In this document: positions 32,306 through 43,521 of the stretch, piece after piece
Position numbering within the stretch: the first letter of the stretch is position 1
Layout: every line of letters starts with the position of its first letter
Source of the DNA: an uncultured Actinomycetota bacterium
Lineage (GTDB): Bacteria; Actinomycetota; Actinomycetes; Propionibacteriales; Nocardioidaceae
Reading direction: 5' to 3'
Length of the DNA: 64,000 nt
Assembly: GCA_963753565.1 (NCBI GenBank)
Contig: CAVWCT010000022.1
Coordinates: forward strand, 3,839 to 67,838
Program-made: the position numbers and the translations under genes
Notes under the pieces: model-generated
Told to the model about the DNA's origin: nothing
Seen by the model: the letters and a program-made list of their open reading frames with translations, nothing else
Database searches by the model: none

Positions 32306-33154
32306 TCAACCCTTCACTGCGCCGGAGGTCAGCCCCGCGACGATCTTTCGCTGGAACAGCAGGACGATGATGATGATCGGGATGGTGGCGAGCACCGCGG
32401 CCGCCGCGAGCAGGGACGCCGGCCGGTTGAACGGGTCCTGGCCGACGAAGAACGCCAGGGAGGCCGGGATCGGTCGGGCGGCCTCGGTCGAGGTCAGCGA
32501 GATCCCGAACACGAAGTCGTTCCAGGCGAAGAAGAACGTCAGAATCGCCGCGGTGAACACACCCGGTGCGGCCAGCGGCACGATCACCTTGCGGAACGCC
32601 TGCCACGACGTGGCCCCGTCGACCTGGGCGGCCTGCTCCATCTCCCACGGGATCTCGCGGAAGAACGCGGAGAGGGTCCAGATCGCCAGCGGCAGCGTGA
32701 AGGACATGTAGGGGATGATCAGCCCCGGCCAGGTGTCGTAGATCCCGAACGTCCGCCACATGTCGAACAGCGGGCCGATCAGGGACACCACCGGGAACAT
32801 CGCGATGGCCAGGGACATCGACAGGACCAGCTTCTTGCCCTTGAACTCCAGCCGCGCAATCGCGTACGCCGCCAGCGTCGCCACGATCACGCTCAGCGTG
32901 GTCGCGATCAGGCTGATGCCGATCGAGTTGAGGATGGCGCGCGGGAAGAACGCGTAGAGGTCGTCGGTGAGGACCTTGTTGTAGTTGTCCCAGCCGGCGA
33001 ACGTGCCGTCGCCCGGGAAGAAGCCCGGGTTGCCGGCCGTGATCGACTCCTCGGACTTGAAGGACAGCGAGATGATCCACGCGACGGGCAGCAGGCACCA
33101 GACGAGGATGACCAGCACACCGAGAGGTACTCCGAGCTTTTTCATCTGCGTCAC
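32306..33154 (-). CDS. Carbohydrate ABC permease (SugB-like)
   Basis: EQAAQVDGAT EAA loop; C-terminal FQRKIVAGLTSGAVKG. Confidence 0.93.
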   Translation of the reverse strand: MTQMKKLGVPLGVLVILVWCLLPVAWIISLSFKSEESITAGNPGFFPGDGTFAGWDNYNKVLTDDLYAFFPRAILNSIGISLIATTLSVIVATLAAYAIARLEFKGKKLVLSMSLAIAMFPVVSLIGPLFDMWRTFGIYDTWPGLIIPYMSFTLPLAIWTLSAFFREIPWEMEQAAQVDGATSWQAFRKVIVPLAAPGVFTAAILTFFFAWNDFVFGISLTSTEAARPIPASLAFFVGQDPFNRPASLLAAAAVLATIPIIIIVLLFQRKIVAGLTSGAVKG

Positions 33155-34083
33155 CTCTCCTGCCGTGCTTGCGCCAGATCGACCTTGAACAACTTGATGA
33201 TCAGGAACGCAACCAGCAGCACCGAGAGGAACAACAGCACGGAGAGCGCCGAGCCCATCCCGAGCTGGAACTGTTCGATGGTCTGTCTATAGGTGAGGAA
33301 GCTGATCGACTCGGTTTTCTGGGCGCCGTTGGTCATCACGAAGATGTTGTCGAAGATGCGGTAGGCATCCAGGGCCCGGAACAGCACCGCGACCATGATC
33401 GCGGCCCGCATGTTCGGGATGATCACCTTCCACAGCCGCTGGAACCAGGTGGCGCCGTCGACCTTGGCCGCCTCGAGCATGTCCTCGGACACCTGCGCCA
33501 AGCCCGCGAGCAGGAGCAGCGACATGAACGGCGTGGTCTTCCAGATCTCGGAGACCATGATCGCGATCACCGCCGAGTTGGTCTCGCCGAACCAGTTGAA
33601 GTCCGCGTCGATACCGGGCAGCCAGCCGTTGATGAAGCCGTTGGTCGAGGTGAACGCGAACTGCCAGGCGAAGCCCGAGACCACGGTGATGATGCCGTAG
33701 GGGATCAGGATCGACGTACGGATCACGCCGCGAGCGAAGATCACCCGGTGCATCACCATCGCGAACACGAAGCCGATCACCAGCTCGACCGCCACCGTGA
33801 CCACCATGTAGACCACAGTGATCCCGGTGGTCTGCCAGAACAGTGGGTCGGTCAGCGCCGTCAGGTAGTTGGACAACCCGATGAAGTCGCGGTCGTCCGG
33901 AGCGGTCAGCGAGTAGTCGAAGACCGACAGATAGATCGCCCGGAGCATCGGGAACGCGGTCACGACCAGCATCAGGACGATGGCCGGTGCGATCAGCTTC
34001 TGGCCGAGCCTGTTCTCGGCCCTGGACCGGTCGCTGGTCACCGGCTTGGTGCCGGTCGGTGCCGGTGCGGTCGCCGTGCTCAC
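33151..34083 (-). CDS. Carbohydrate ABC permease (SugA-like)
   Basis: WKTTPFMSLLLLAGL, EAAKVDGAT. Confidence 0.93.
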   Translation of the reverse strand: MSTATAPAPTGTKPVTSDRSRAENRLGQKLIAPAIVLMLVVTAFPMLRAIYLSVFDYSLTAPDDRDFIGLSNYLTALTDPLFWQTTGITVVYMVVTVAVELVIGFVFAMVMHRVIFARGVIRTSILIPYGIITVVSGFAWQFAFTSTNGFINGWLPGIDADFNWFGETNSAVIAIMVSEIWKTTPFMSLLLLAGLAQVSEDMLEAAKVDGATWFQRLWKVIIPNMRAAIMVAVLFRALDAYRIFDNIFVMTNGAQKTESISFLTYRQTIEQFQLGMGSALSVLLFLSVLLVAFLIIKLFKVDLAQARQER

Positions 34084-35450
34084 AGCAGCGCCTTCCCTTC
34101 GAGGACGTCCTGCAGATAGTCAGCCGAGTCCTTCGGGGTGGAGCCCGGGTCGACCGATGCCGGTGAGTGCCAGCGGGACTGGATCGCGCTGGAGATGAGG
34201 GCGTAGAAGGCACTCTTCGGCCGCGGACCGCCCTCGTCGACGCTGGTGCGGTAGAGCTCGATGAGGTCCTCGGGGAAGTCGCCTGCGGCGGCCACCTCGT
34301 CGTACGCCGAGTTGGTCGACGGCATCAGCCCGTTGTTGAGAGCGAGGTCGACCTGGGCCTTCGTCGACGTGATGCACTGCGCGGCCTCCATCGCGAAGTC
34401 CGGGTTGTCCGAGTAGGCGCCGACGCCGATGTCGATGCCACCGATCGGAGGCTTCGAGGGCTCGCCCTCGACCGTCTCCGGGTAGCGGGCGTAGCCGAGG
34501 TCGTCGAACTGCTCCTTGGTGATCTCTCCCGTGTCGATCAGGCCCTCGTAGAACTTGTAGGCGAACGTCCAGTTGAGCATGAACTCACCGGCGCCCTGGG
34601 GCGCGGCGGGATCGGCCGGGAACATCCGGCCCAGGCTGGTGCCCTCGTTGGAGACCGAGAGGTCGGACTGGGCGGCCTTGGAGTCGGCCAGTGTCTTGAT
34701 GACCTGTGCTGCGTCTCGTCCAGCGTCGGAGTCGATGTCGACCTTGGTGTCGCGGCCGGCCTCGGTGTCGGAGACGATGTCGCCGCCCGCACCCTGGACG
34801 AGCGCGTTGATCAGCACGACGTAGGCCTCGTACTTGTTGGCCTGGACGCCGACGCTGCCGTTGTTGTCGGACGCGGCCTTGATCACCTGGTCCCAGGTCA
34901 CCGGCTGGCTCATGTCGAGCCCGGCAGCCTCCGCCAGCGACTTGCGGTACCAGAGCACCTGGGTGTTGGCCCACAGCGGGATCGCGAAGACCTTGTCCTC
35001 CCAGATCACGGTCTCGGCCGCGCCCGCGAGGTAGTCGCCGTCACCCTCGACGCTCCCGAGGATCTCGGACGAGAGGTCCTCGGGGGGTTCGGCCAGCCAC
35101 TCAGCGTTGGCGAACTCCGCCACGAAGACGGGGTCGAGGTTCATCAGATCGGTTGAGGAGTCCTCGGCCGCGAGTCGGCGGGCCAGCTGGATGCGCTGGT
35201 CCGTTGCGCCGGACGGCAGCAGCTCCACCGAGATGTCGTAGTCCTTGGTGGCGCACGACTTCGCGTACGTCTCGAAGGTGTCGACACCATCAGGGTTCAC
35301 GTACCAGTGGAGCGTCGGCTTTCCGTCGTCGCCGCACGCGCTCAACAGAGTTGCGGCGAGCACGCCGACGACACTCATCCCGAGGCCGCGGCGCAGCCGG
35401 TTGCGCCGGCCGCCGGTGTCAGCCCGCGCTCCTCCCGAGCGGTTCACCAT
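34080..35450 (-). CDS. Sugar-binding lipoprotein (LpqY-like, possibly trehalose)
   Basis: Lipobox LSAC; QRIQLARRLAAEDSS, ANTQVLWYRK; first gene of the SugABC-like operon. Confidence 0.88.
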   Translation of the reverse strand: MVNRSGGARADTGGRRNRLRRGLGMSVVGVLAATLLSACGDDGKPTLHWYVNPDGVDTFETYAKSCATKDYDISVELLPSGATDQRIQLARRLAAEDSSTDLMNLDPVFVAEFANAEWLAEPPEDLSSEILGSVEGDGDYLAGAAETVIWEDKVFAIPLWANTQVLWYRKSLAEAAGLDMSQPVTWDQVIKAASDNNGSVGVQANKYEAYVVLINALVQGAGGDIVSDTEAGRDTKVDIDSDAGRDAAQVIKTLADSKAAQSDLSVSNEGTSLGRMFPADPAAPQGAGEFMLNWTFAYKFYEGLIDTGEITKEQFDDLGYARYPETVEGEPSKPPIGGIDIGVGAYSDNPDFAMEAAQCITSTKAQVDLALNNGLMPSTNSAYDEVAAAGDFPEDLIELYRTSVDEGGPRPKSAFYALISSAIQSRWHSPASVDPGSTPKDSADYLQDVLEGKALL

Positions 35451-35533
35451 GGATCCTCCCGTTCGTGGTCTGCGTCACACATTTGCCCCACTACGGCGTT
35501 TTGTCTACCACTAGACGGGAGGTAAAGACGGTG

Positions 35534-36487
35534 CTACGTGACCGATCGGTCGGCGGTACGACGGATCGCACCGACGAAGGTGTCGAACAGTGCGGGAGGC
35601 AGGTCGTGGCCCATCCCGTCGATGAGGAGGAGCTCGGCGCCGGGGATCGCGGCCGCCGTCGCCCGGCCGCCGGAGACGTGCACCATCTTGTCGGCGAGGC
35701 CGTGGATGACCATGGCCGGGATGTGCAGGCTGTGCAGCCGCGGGCCGCGGTTTGACTGCGTCACGACGGCCAGCATCTGGCGCAGCACACCGCTTGCGCT
35801 GACGCCGCGGTCGTAGGTGTCTCCGGCCCGGCTCTCGGTGCGCTCCGGCGGCAGCGGATAGGCCGGCGACCCGATCAGCCGCCACACCGCCGCACTCCCC
35901 TGGACGTAGGCTTCGCGGTCCGGGCCGCGAGAGGCGATCAGGGTCGGGATCAGGGACGGGTGCTGCCACCCGACCGTACGCTTGCCCGTCGTCGACATGA
36001 TGCTGGTCAGCGAACGCACCCGCCGCGGCTGGGCGATCGCCATGTGCTGCGCGATCATGCCGCCCATCGACACCCCGGCCACGTGCGCCGACTCCAGGCC
36101 GAGGTGGTCCATCAGCCCGAACGTGTCGGTGGCCATGTCTTCGAGCGAGTACGGCCTCCTCACCCGCAGGCCGGCCGCGGCCCGGACCAGCATCTGCCGG
36201 GTCACCCGACCACCCACTCGGCTGGACCGGCCGGTGTCGCGGTTGTCGAACCGGACGACGTAGAAACCCTGCTGGGCGAGCATCCGGCACAGGTCGGGGT
36301 CCCACCAGATCATGGGTCCGCCGAGGCCCATGATCAGCACCAGCGGGTCGCCGTCGGGGTCCCCGAAGGTCTGGTAGCAGAGCTCGACGCCGGGGCCGAT
36401 CGGAGCGAAGAGCTCCTCGGACGCCTGCGGGGCGTCGGACTCGGGAACCGGGCGGGGTGTCGAACGCATGGCTGAAGTCAACATCAC
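35534..36487 (-). CDS. Alpha/beta hydrolase
   Basis: LIMGLGG, RFDNRDTGRS, GVSMGG, IDGMGHDLP; exact start uncertain. Confidence 0.9.
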   Translation of the reverse strand: MMLTSAMRSTPRPVPESDAPQASEELFAPIGPGVELCYQTFGDPDGDPLVLIMGLGGPMIWWDPDLCRMLAQQGFYVVRFDNRDTGRSSRVGGRVTRQMLVRAAAGLRVRRPYSLEDMATDTFGLMDHLGLESAHVAGVSMGGMIAQHMAIAQPRRVRSLTSIMSTTGKRTVGWQHPSLIPTLIASRGPDREAYVQGSAAVWRLIGSPAYPLPPERTESRAGDTYDRGVSASGVLRQMLAVVTQSNRGPRLHSLHIPAMVIHGLADKMVHVSGGRATAAAIPGAELLLIDGMGHDLPPALFDTFVGAIRRTADRSVT

Positions 36488-36558
36488 GATAGGGAAACGG
36501 TTGGGAACCGGGCCCGAAAGCGCGCGATTCCGTATTACCTCCGGGTAGCGTCAACAGC

Positions 36559-37392
36559 GTGAGTGACTCGACGCTGGCGTCGTTCCTGCTGCCGGAGGGC
36601 TTCACGCCGCCCCGCGCCCGCGCCGTTCTTCGCGAGGGCAGCGTGGTCGCCGAAGCCGGTCGCTACGCGCTGGCTACTCGGCAGGCGAGGCACACCCGCC
36701 GGGCGACGCCGTACGCCGGCCGGGCCACCAGGCTGCCGGCCGACCCGGTCCTGCTCGTGCCCGGTTTCATGGCGGGCGACGCCACCCTCGCCTTCATGCG
36801 ACGGGCGCTGCGCCAGGAGGGTCTCCGCACCTACCGCTCGCACATTCACGCGAACGTCGGCTGCACCCTCAACGCCGCCGCCCAGCTCGAGACGCGGCTG
36901 GAGTCGATCGCCATCCGACGCGGGACCCGGGTCCAGATCGTCGGGCACAGCCTCGGCGGAATGCTGGCGCGCGGGCTCGCCGTACGCCGTCCCGACCTGA
37001 TCTCGAGCATCGTCACCATGGGCAGCCCGATGCTGGCGCCCGGCGCACACCACATGGTGCTGTCGCGCGGCGTCGACATGCTGGTGCGGCTCAGCCGCGC
37101 CGGGCTGCCGGGGCTGATGTCGGAGGAGTGCGTGGCCGGCACCTGCGCCCGTCAGAGCTTTGACGAGAGCCGCGCGCCGATGCCGAGCGGTGTCGACTTC
37201 ACGGCCATCTACTCCCAGCGCGACGGCATCGTCGACTGGCACGCCTGCGTCGACCCCGAGGCGGCGGCGGTCGAGGTGACCGCTTCGCACGTCGGCATGG
37301 CAGTCGACCCGCGGGTGATTTCGATCGTGCTCGAGGCGCTCACCCAGAAGGTCGGCGCGTTGAGTGCGGCCGAGACGCTCGAGATCGCCTAG
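36559..37392 (+). CDS. Esterase/lipase (alpha/beta fold)
   Basis: [35 protein letters not shown]. Confidence 0.88.
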   Translation: MSDSTLASFLLPEGFTPPRARAVLREGSVVAEAGRYALATRQARHTRRATPYAGRATRLPADPVLLVPGFMAGDATLAFMRRALRQEGLRTYRSHIHANVGCTLNAAAQLETRLESIAIRRGTRVQIVGHSLGGMLARGLAVRRPDLISSIVTMGSPMLAPGAHHMVLSRGVDMLVRLSRAGLPGLMSEECVAGTCARQSFDESRAPMPSGVDFTAIYSQRDGIVDWHACVDPEAAAVEVTASHVGMAVDPRVISIVLEALTQKVGALSAAETLEIA

Positions 37393-38405
37393 TGCTCGAA
37401 ATCAACGGCGGAGTAGGCGCGTAGCTTCGCGAGCTTGTGCTCCGAGGTGATCGAGCGGATGGTGCCGCTGCGGGAGCGCATCACCAGCGAGTGAGTGGTC
37501 GCGCCACCGGCGCGGTAGCGCACCCCGCGCATCAGCTCACCGTCGGTGATGCCGGTGGCCACGAAGAAGCAGTCGTCGCCGTTGATCAGGTCGTCGGTGT
37601 GGAGCACGTGGTCGGGATCCAGGTCGTGGCCGGCGTCGATCGCCCGGCCGCGCTCGGCGTCGTCCTGCGGCCACAGCCGACCTTGGATCGTGCCGCCGGT
37701 GCACTTCATCGCACAGGCGGTGATGATGCCCTCGGGCGTGCCGCCGATGCCCATCAGCAGGTCGATGCCGGTGTCCGGCCGGGCGGCCATGATCGCGCCG
37801 GCCACGTCGCCGTCGGTGATGAACTTGATCCGGGCGCCGGTCGCCCGGATCTCGCTGGCGAGCTTCTCGTGCCGCGCGCGGTCCAGGAGGACGACGGTGA
37901 CGTCCTCGGGGGCGGACCCCTTCGCCTTGGCGACCTGGTGGATGTTCTCGGCGACGGGGTAGCGGATGTCGACGACGTCGGCGGCCTCCGGGCCGGTCAC
38001 CAGCTTCTCCATGTAGAACACGGCGGAGGGGTCGTACATCGAGCCGCGCGGTGACACCGCGAGCACCGAGACGGCGTTCGTCATGCCCTTGGCGGCCAGC
38101 GTGGTGCCGTCGATCGGGTCGACGGCGACGTCGCACTCGGGGCCGGTGCCGTCGCCGACCTGCTCGCCGTTGTAGAGCATCGGCGCGTGGTCCTTCTCGC
38201 CCTCGCCGATCACGACAGTGCCGCGCATTCCGATGCTCGAGATCATCACCCGCATCGCGTTGACGGCCACGCCGTCGGCGCCGTTCTTGTCGCCTCGACC
38301 CACCCAGCGACCAGCGGCCATGGCGGCAGCCTCGGTGACCCGGACCAGCTCCATCGCGAGGTTGCGGTCGGGCGATTCCGGGGCAACGACGAGGCTGTCT
38401 GGCAT
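37389..38405 (-). CDS. glpX: Class II fructose-1,6-bisphosphatase
   Basis: [40 protein letters not shown]. Confidence 0.97.
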   Translation of the reverse strand: MPDSLVVAPESPDRNLAMELVRVTEAAAMAAGRWVGRGDKNGADGVAVNAMRVMISSIGMRGTVVIGEGEKDHAPMLYNGEQVGDGTGPECDVAVDPIDGTTLAAKGMTNAVSVLAVSPRGSMYDPSAVFYMEKLVTGPEAADVVDIRYPVAENIHQVAKAKGSAPEDVTVVLLDRARHEKLASEIRATGARIKFITDGDVAGAIMAARPDTGIDLLMGIGGTPEGIITACAMKCTGGTIQGRLWPQDDAERGRAIDAGHDLDPDHVLHTDDLINGDDCFFVATGITDGELMRGVRYRAGGATTHSLVMRSRSGTIRSITSEHKLAKLRAYSAVDFEH

Positions 38406-38414
38406 GGGCGCAGC

Positions 38415-39392
38415 CTATCGCTGCGGTGTAGCGGGCCCGGGGTAGGACTGGATGGCGGTTTCCTTCACCGACAGCCAGACCTCGCGCCCGAGCGAGAGGT
38501 CGAGCTCACGGGTGGCGCGCGGGGTCACGTCGGCGATCAGGTCGGGGTCGGCGGCCACCTGCAGCCGGATCGCATCGCCGTGTGGCGCGAGGCTGCGGAC
38601 GGTTCCGTGCCACACGTTGCGGGCGGAACCCTCCGGTCGGGCCAGCGACACGGTCACAGCGCTCGGGCTGAAGGACCGGAAGCCGGTGGCGTCCCGGATC
38701 ACGTTGAGTCCCACCAGCCGCGCCACGTGGTCGGTGTGCGGTCGGGCGGCCACCTCGTCGGGTGGCCCGGCCTGGGCGACCAGGCCGTCCTCGACGACGA
38801 GCACATGGGCGGCCAGGGTGAGGGCGTCGAGGGCGTCGTGGGTGACCAGCACGGTGATGCCGTCGTACGACGACAGGTGTCGGGTCAGCTCGATCCGCAG
38901 CTCCGCCGCCACCCCGACGTCGAGGCCGGCCATCGGCTCGTCGAGCAGCAGCAGCGCCGGATCGGTGACCAGAGCCCGGGCGATGGCGACCCGTTGGGCC
39001 TGGCCGCCGGAAAGCTCACCCGGCTTGCGGTCGGCCAGCTCGCCGATCCCGAGCCGCTCTAGCCACTCGCGGGAAGCGGCCCGCGCCTCGGCCCGCGCGG
39101 CCCCCCGGGCCCGGGGTCCGAAGGCGACGTTGTCGAGAGCCGTCAGGTGCGGGAAGAGCACCTGCTCCTGGAAGACCATCCCGACCCGGCGGTCCTGCGC
39201 GGGCTGCTCAAGCAGGTCCACGCCGCCCAGGCGCGCGAAGCCGACGGCGGGCACGAGCCCGGCCAGCGCGTGCACCAGGGTGGTCTTGCCGGCACCGTTC
39301 GGGCCGATCACCGCGACCACGTCACCGGGCTCGGCGGCCAGGGCCACGTCGAGCCGGCCCGGCACGCTGAGCTCGAGGTCGAGGCCGGTCAT
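38415..39392 (-). CDS. modC: Molybdate ABC transporter ATP-binding protein
   Basis: GPNGAGKTT, LSGGQAQRVA, C-terminal TOBE (SARN, SVKET). Confidence 0.88.
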   Translation of the reverse strand: MTGLDLELSVPGRLDVALAAEPGDVVAVIGPNGAGKTTLVHALAGLVPAVGFARLGGVDLLEQPAQDRRVGMVFQEQVLFPHLTALDNVAFGPRARGAARAEARAASREWLERLGIGELADRKPGELSGGQAQRVAIARALVTDPALLLLDEPMAGLDVGVAAELRIELTRHLSSYDGITVLVTHDALDALTLAAHVLVVEDGLVAQAGPPDEVAARPHTDHVARLVGLNVIRDATGFRSFSPSAVTVSLARPEGSARNVWHGTVRSLAPHGDAIRLQVAADPDLIADVTPRATRELDLSLGREVWLSVKETAIQSYPGPATPQR

Positions 39393-40186
39393 CGCATGCC
39401 CAGCCCGAGCCATCGGTCCCGGAGCGCGACCAGGATCCCGATCGAGATCACCAGCATCACCAGGCTGAGCGACAGGGCGGCGTCGGTGTCGGACTGGCGG
39501 GTGACGTAGATGAGGGTCGGCATCGTCTGCGTGGTGCCGGGGTAGTTGCCGTTGAAGGTGATCGTCGCCCCGAACTCGCCGAGGGACCGGGCCCAGCCCA
39601 GCACCATCCCGGCGGCGATGCCGGGCATTGCCAGCGGCACGGTCACCCGACGGAACGCCGTCCAGCGGCTGGCGCCGAGGGTGGCCGCGGCGGCGTCGTA
39701 CTGACTGCCCGCGGAGCGGAGCCCGCCCTCCATGCTGATCACCACGAACGGCAGCGAGACGAACGTGTGCGCCAGCACCACGCCCCAGGTCGTGTAGGGG
39801 AACGCGAAGCCAGTGGCTTCGAGGAGCGGCTCACCCAGCACACCGGATCGTCCGAACGCAGCGCGCAACGCGATGCCGGCCACCACGGGAGGCAGCACCA
39901 AGGGCACCGTGACCAGGGCTCGCAGCAACCCACGACCCCTGAAGTCGACCTTGGCGAGCAGCCAGGCCAGAGGCAGCCCGAGCACCAGACAGATCAGCAT
40001 CGCCGCCGTAGAGGTGAGCACCGAGAGCCGGAGCGCGTCGCGCAGCGGCTCCGTGCCCAGCTGGCGCCACAGTCCCGGCAGGTCGGTTTCCGCGACCATC
40101 GCCACGAGTGGCACGACCAGGACGAGCACCGCCAGAACGGCCGGCACCATCAGCGCGACGGGCGGTCTGCCCAAGGGATCCCTCAT
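39389..40186 (-). CDS. modB: Molybdate ABC permease
   Basis: PLVLPPVVAG, WARSLGEFGATITF. Confidence 0.9.
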   Translation of the reverse strand: MRDPLGRPPVALMVPAVLAVLVLVVPLVAMVAETDLPGLWRQLGTEPLRDALRLSVLTSTAAMLICLVLGLPLAWLLAKVDFRGRGLLRALVTVPLVLPPVVAGIALRAAFGRSGVLGEPLLEATGFAFPYTTWGVVLAHTFVSLPFVVISMEGGLRSAGSQYDAAAATLGASRWTAFRRVTVPLAMPGIAAGMVLGWARSLGEFGATITFNGNYPGTTQTMPTLIYVTRQSDTDAALSLSLVMLVISIGILVALRDRWLGLGMR

Positions 40187-40950
40187 GGCAGGCCGAAGCC
40201 GGCCTCTGTCAACGCGGCCTGGCCATCTTCCGACGTCAGGTAGTCGCCCCACGCCTGAGCGAGTTCGGCGTTCTCGGCCTGCTCGAGCGTGGTGGTGAAG
40301 TACGACGTCAGGTGCTCCTCGGCTCCGGGGATCGCGATCGTGGCCACCGAGTCGCCGGCCGCAACCGCGTCGGTCGCGTAGACCAGGCCGGCGTCGGCCT
40401 CGCCCGACACAACCTTGTCGAGCGTTGCCCGGACGTCCTCCTCGAGGCTGGCGGGTTCGGCGGTGATGCCGCTGGCCTCGAGCACTCCGAGCGCCACGCG
40501 TCCGCAGGGCACGTCGTCGGCGCAGCGCACCCACGTGGCGCCTTCGAGGTCGGCGAGGCTCTCGATGCCGGCCGGGTTGTCGGGCGGGGTCACGATCACC
40601 AGCACGTTGGTCGCGAAGGTCTCGACGTCGCCGGTCACGCCGGCGTCCTCGGCCACCTGCATCGAGGTCTGATCGGCCGTTGCCAGCACGTCGCCTGGCG
40701 CGCCGTCAGCAACCTGCTCGGCCAGACCGGTGCTCGACCCGAACGAGAACGTGACCTCCGCGTCGTTGTCGGCCTCGAAGTCGTCGGCCATCGTCTCGAA
40801 GACGTCGGTCAGCGACGCGGCCGCCAGGACGGTCAGCTCCTTCGGGTCGCCGCCGGAGTCACCGCTTCCGCCGTCCTCGTCGTCGTCGCCGCACGCTGCT
40901 AGTGGCAGCACCAGCAGAAGGGTGGTGGCCAGGGTGGCGATTCTTCTCAT
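40183..40950 (-). CDS. modA: Molybdate-binding lipoprotein
   Basis: Lipobox LAAC; AAASLT, FGSSTGL, VPCG, GLVYATD. Confidence 0.92.
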   Translation of the reverse strand: MRRIATLATTLLLVLPLAACGDDDEDGGSGDSGGDPKELTVLAAASLTDVFETMADDFEADNDAEVTFSFGSSTGLAEQVADGAPGDVLATADQTSMQVAEDAGVTGDVETFATNVLVIVTPPDNPAGIESLADLEGATWVRCADDVPCGRVALGVLEASGITAEPASLEEDVRATLDKVVSGEADAGLVYATDAVAAGDSVATIAIPGAEEHLTSYFTTTLEQAENAELAQAWGDYLTSEDGQAALTEAGFGLP

Positions 40951-41345
40951 CAGGGACGCTCCACTACGACGTTGGTCGACTTGACGGAGGCGATGGCCCG
41001 CACGCCCGGCTCGAGGCCGAGCTCGTCCGCCGCCTCCGTGCTCATCAGCGAGACCACCCGGTAGGGACCGCAGATCAGCTCGATCTGGGCCATCACGGTG
41101 TCCTTCGTGACCTTCGTGACGATCCCCGTGAACCGGTTGCGGGCACTGACCGCAGACGCTCGGGTGCGCTCCCGGTCGGGTTGGTCGGCCAGCGACTCGG
41201 CCAGGGCGGCCAGATCGGCACCGGCGACGACCGTCCGGCCTTCGGCGGTCTCCGTCGGTAGCCGCCCGGCGTCGACCCAGCGGCGCACCGTGTCATCGCT
41301 GACGCCCAGCAAATCCGCCGCTTCCGCAATTCGATATGCCGTCAC
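40950..41345 (-). CDS. HTH + TOBE molybdate-responsive regulator
   Basis: IAEAADLLGVSDDTVRRW HTH; SARNRF...VKST TOBE; first gene of the mod operon. Confidence 0.88.
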   Translation of the reverse strand: MTAYRIAEAADLLGVSDDTVRRWVDAGRLPTETAEGRTVVAGADLAALAESLADQPDRERTRASAVSARNRFTGIVTKVTKDTVMAQIELICGPYRVVSLMSTEAADELGLEPGVRAIASVKSTNVVVERP

Positions 41346-41452
41346 GGTGACACTATGGCGCATTTGCGGCGAGTGATGGGCAATGTCTCCGCGACTGCGG
41401 TTCATTCCTGCCCGTCTCCGGGCCCCGAGCGGGGGTCTGTGAGGATTGTCCC

Positions 41453-42031
41453 GTGAGTCAGACGGAGGGCGGCGGTCGCTACGAGCGATCGCCCGGTGGA
41501 CTGGTCATCGCGATGGTCGTGACCGTGGCCGCTGTGGTCGCCTTCGTCGTGTTCCGCTCGCTCCTCAGCACCGACGTGGAGGTCGAGCCGGAGTCGGTCG
41601 ACTACCTGGAGAAGGTGAAGCAGGCCCAGGACGCCGGGCTGTCGCCGGTCTACCCGGCCACGCTTCCCGGAGGCTGGCAGGCGACCGGCGCCGAGGTGAC
41701 GCCCGGGCAACCGCCTGGGTTCGGGCTGACGCTGCTGACGGCCGACGAGAAGTTCCTCGGCGTCCGGCAGGAGGACGACTCCGTCGACGACCTCCTGAAG
41801 GAGTACGTCGTAGAGGAGACCGAGGAGGGCGATGCGTTCGAGGTGTCCGGGTCCGTCGCGCCGACCTGGCACACCTACAGCGACACGGGCGGCGACCTGG
41901 CCTACGTCGCCGAGGTGGATGACCTGACCGTGCTCGTCTACGGATCCGCCAGCCGCGCCGACATCGAGCAGCTGGTGGAGTCGCTCACGGCTCGTCCGCT
42001 GTCGGCCCCGCCTCCGTCCCGTTCTGGATGA
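41453..42031 (+). CDS. DUF4245 membrane-anchored protein
   Basis: N-terminal TM helix, LPGGWQAT, VLVYGSA; conserved neighbour of glpX/xseB. Confidence 0.8.
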   Translation: MSQTEGGGRYERSPGGLVIAMVVTVAAVVAFVVFRSLLSTDVEVEPESVDYLEKVKQAQDAGLSPVYPATLPGGWQATGAEVTPGQPPGFGLTLLTADEKFLGVRQEDDSVDDLLKEYVVEETEEGDAFEVSGSVAPTWHTYSDTGGDLAYVAEVDDLTVLVYGSASRADIEQLVESLTARPLSAPPPSRSG

Positions 42032-42221
42032 CGGCGTCGAGGCGCTTGCGGGCACCGTCGAGCCAGTCCTGACAGATCCGCGCCAGCTCCTCGCCGCGCT
42101 CCCAGAGCGCCAACGACTCCTCGAGCGTGCTGCCACCGGTCTCGAGGCGGCGTACGACGTCGAGCAGCTCCTCGCGGGCCTCCTCGTAGGACGGGGCTGC
42201 GTCATTCAGGGGCTCAGCCAT
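41985..42221 (-). CDS. xseB: Exodeoxyribonuclease VII small subunit
   Basis: SYEEAREEL...[21 protein letters not shown]. Confidence 0.95.
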   Translation of the reverse strand: MAEPLNDAAPSYEEAREELLDVVRRLETGGSTLEESLALWERGEELARICQDWLDGARKRLDAVIQNGTEAGPTADEP

Positions 42222-43455
42222 CGGATTCCTTCTGATCGATCTGGTCGGTGGACGTCACGTCGGCATGGACGCGGCCGTCGACCACGCGGATGCTGATGGC
42301 CGACCCGGCCGCGACGCCCGTGACGCTGGTGAGCACGCGTCCGTCGGCATCCTGCAGCACGGAGTAGCCGCGCTCCAGGGTGGCCAGCGGCGACAGCGCC
42401 CGGGCCCGGGCCCGCTGGTGCCCGATGTCGTCGTGCGCCCGGTCGAGCGCGTGGCGTAGGCACCGGCGGGACCGGTCGCGGAGCATGACCAGCTCCTCGG
42501 AGCGCGCGTCGAGCAGGACGCGGGGGTCGGCGAGGACCGGTCGCGAACGCATCGCGTCGAGCCCGGCCTGCTCGCGGACGACCAGTCCGGTCAGCGCCTG
42601 CCGCATCCGCACCCGGGCCTGGCCGACCCCGTGGACCTCTTGGACGACGTCAGGCACCATCAGCTTCGCCGCGTCGGTCGGCGTGGAGGCGCGGACGTCG
42701 GCGACCAGGTCGAGCAGCGGACTGTCGGGTTCGTGCCCGATCGCTGACACCACTGGTGTCCGGGCGGCGGCCACCGCGCGGATCAGGCCCTCGTCGGAGA
42801 ACGGCAACAGGTCCTCGACCGACCCACCACCGCGCGCGATCACGATCACGTCGACGTCGGGGTTGCGGTCGAGGCGACCCAGCGCGTCGATCACCTCGGC
42901 GGCGGCGCGGTGGCCCTGCATGGCGGCGTACGCGATCTCGAAGCCGACCGCAGGCCACCGCCGCTGGGCGTTGTCGAGTACGTCGCGCTCGGCCGCCGAC
43001 TTGGGCGCGGTGATCAGCCCGATCCGCTGCGGCAGGAACGGCAGCCGGCGCTTCAGCTCGACGGCGAACAGGCCCTCGGCCGCCAGCAGCTGGCGTCGTC
43101 GTTCGAGCTGGGCGAGCAGCTCGCCGAGGCCGACCAGCCGGATCTCGCGTGCCTGCAGGGAGAGGGTGCCGCGGTTGGCGTAGTAGGACGGCTTCGCGTG
43201 GATCAGCACGCTGGCGCCTTCGACCACCGGCGGGTTCAGTCCGTCGAACAGCAATCGCGAGCAGGTCACCGGGACCGAGATGTCGGCCACCGAGTCGCGC
43301 AAGGTGATGAACACCGTCTGCAGCCCCGGCCGCCGGCTGACCTGGGCCACCTGCCCCTCGACCCACACCGCGCCGAGCCGGTCGACCCAGCCGGAGATCG
43401 CGTTGGCGATCTGCCGCACCGGAGCCGGTGCCTGCGGCGAGGTCTCGAGGGCCAT
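42214..43455 (-). CDS. xseA: Exodeoxyribonuclease VII large subunit
   Basis: [43 protein letters not shown]. Confidence 0.96.
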   Translation of the reverse strand: MALETSPQAPAPVRQIANAISGWVDRLGAVWVEGQVAQVSRRPGLQTVFITLRDSVADISVPVTCSRLLFDGLNPPVVEGASVLIHAKPSYYANRGTLSLQAREIRLVGLGELLAQLERRRQLLAAEGLFAVELKRRLPFLPQRIGLITAPKSAAERDVLDNAQRRWPAVGFEIAYAAMQGHRAAAEVIDALGRLDRNPDVDVIVIARGGGSVEDLLPFSDEGLIRAVAAARTPVVSAIGHEPDSPLLDLVADVRASTPTDAAKLMVPDVVQEVHGVGQARVRMRQALTGLVVREQAGLDAMRSRPVLADPRVLLDARSEELVMLRDRSRRCLRHALDRAHDDIGHQRARARALSPLATLERGYSVLQDADGRVLTSVTGVAAGSAISIRVVDGRVHADVTSTDQIDQKESDG

Positions 43456-43521
43456 GGCGCCGACCCTAGAGGGAGGGACCGACGTTTCGGGCCCCATGTC
43501 GCCGGTCCGTAGACTCGCCGC

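Noticed and set aside
35464-35479. CRP-like site upstream of the sugar ABC operon (CGTGG-N6-TCACA)
   Set aside because: Two mismatches in one half-site; not distinguishable from chance without comparative data.
41985-42031. 47-bp convergent overlap of DUF4245 and xseB as an antisense system
   Set aside because: Short tail overlaps are common in high-GC genomes and both tails are low-complexity.
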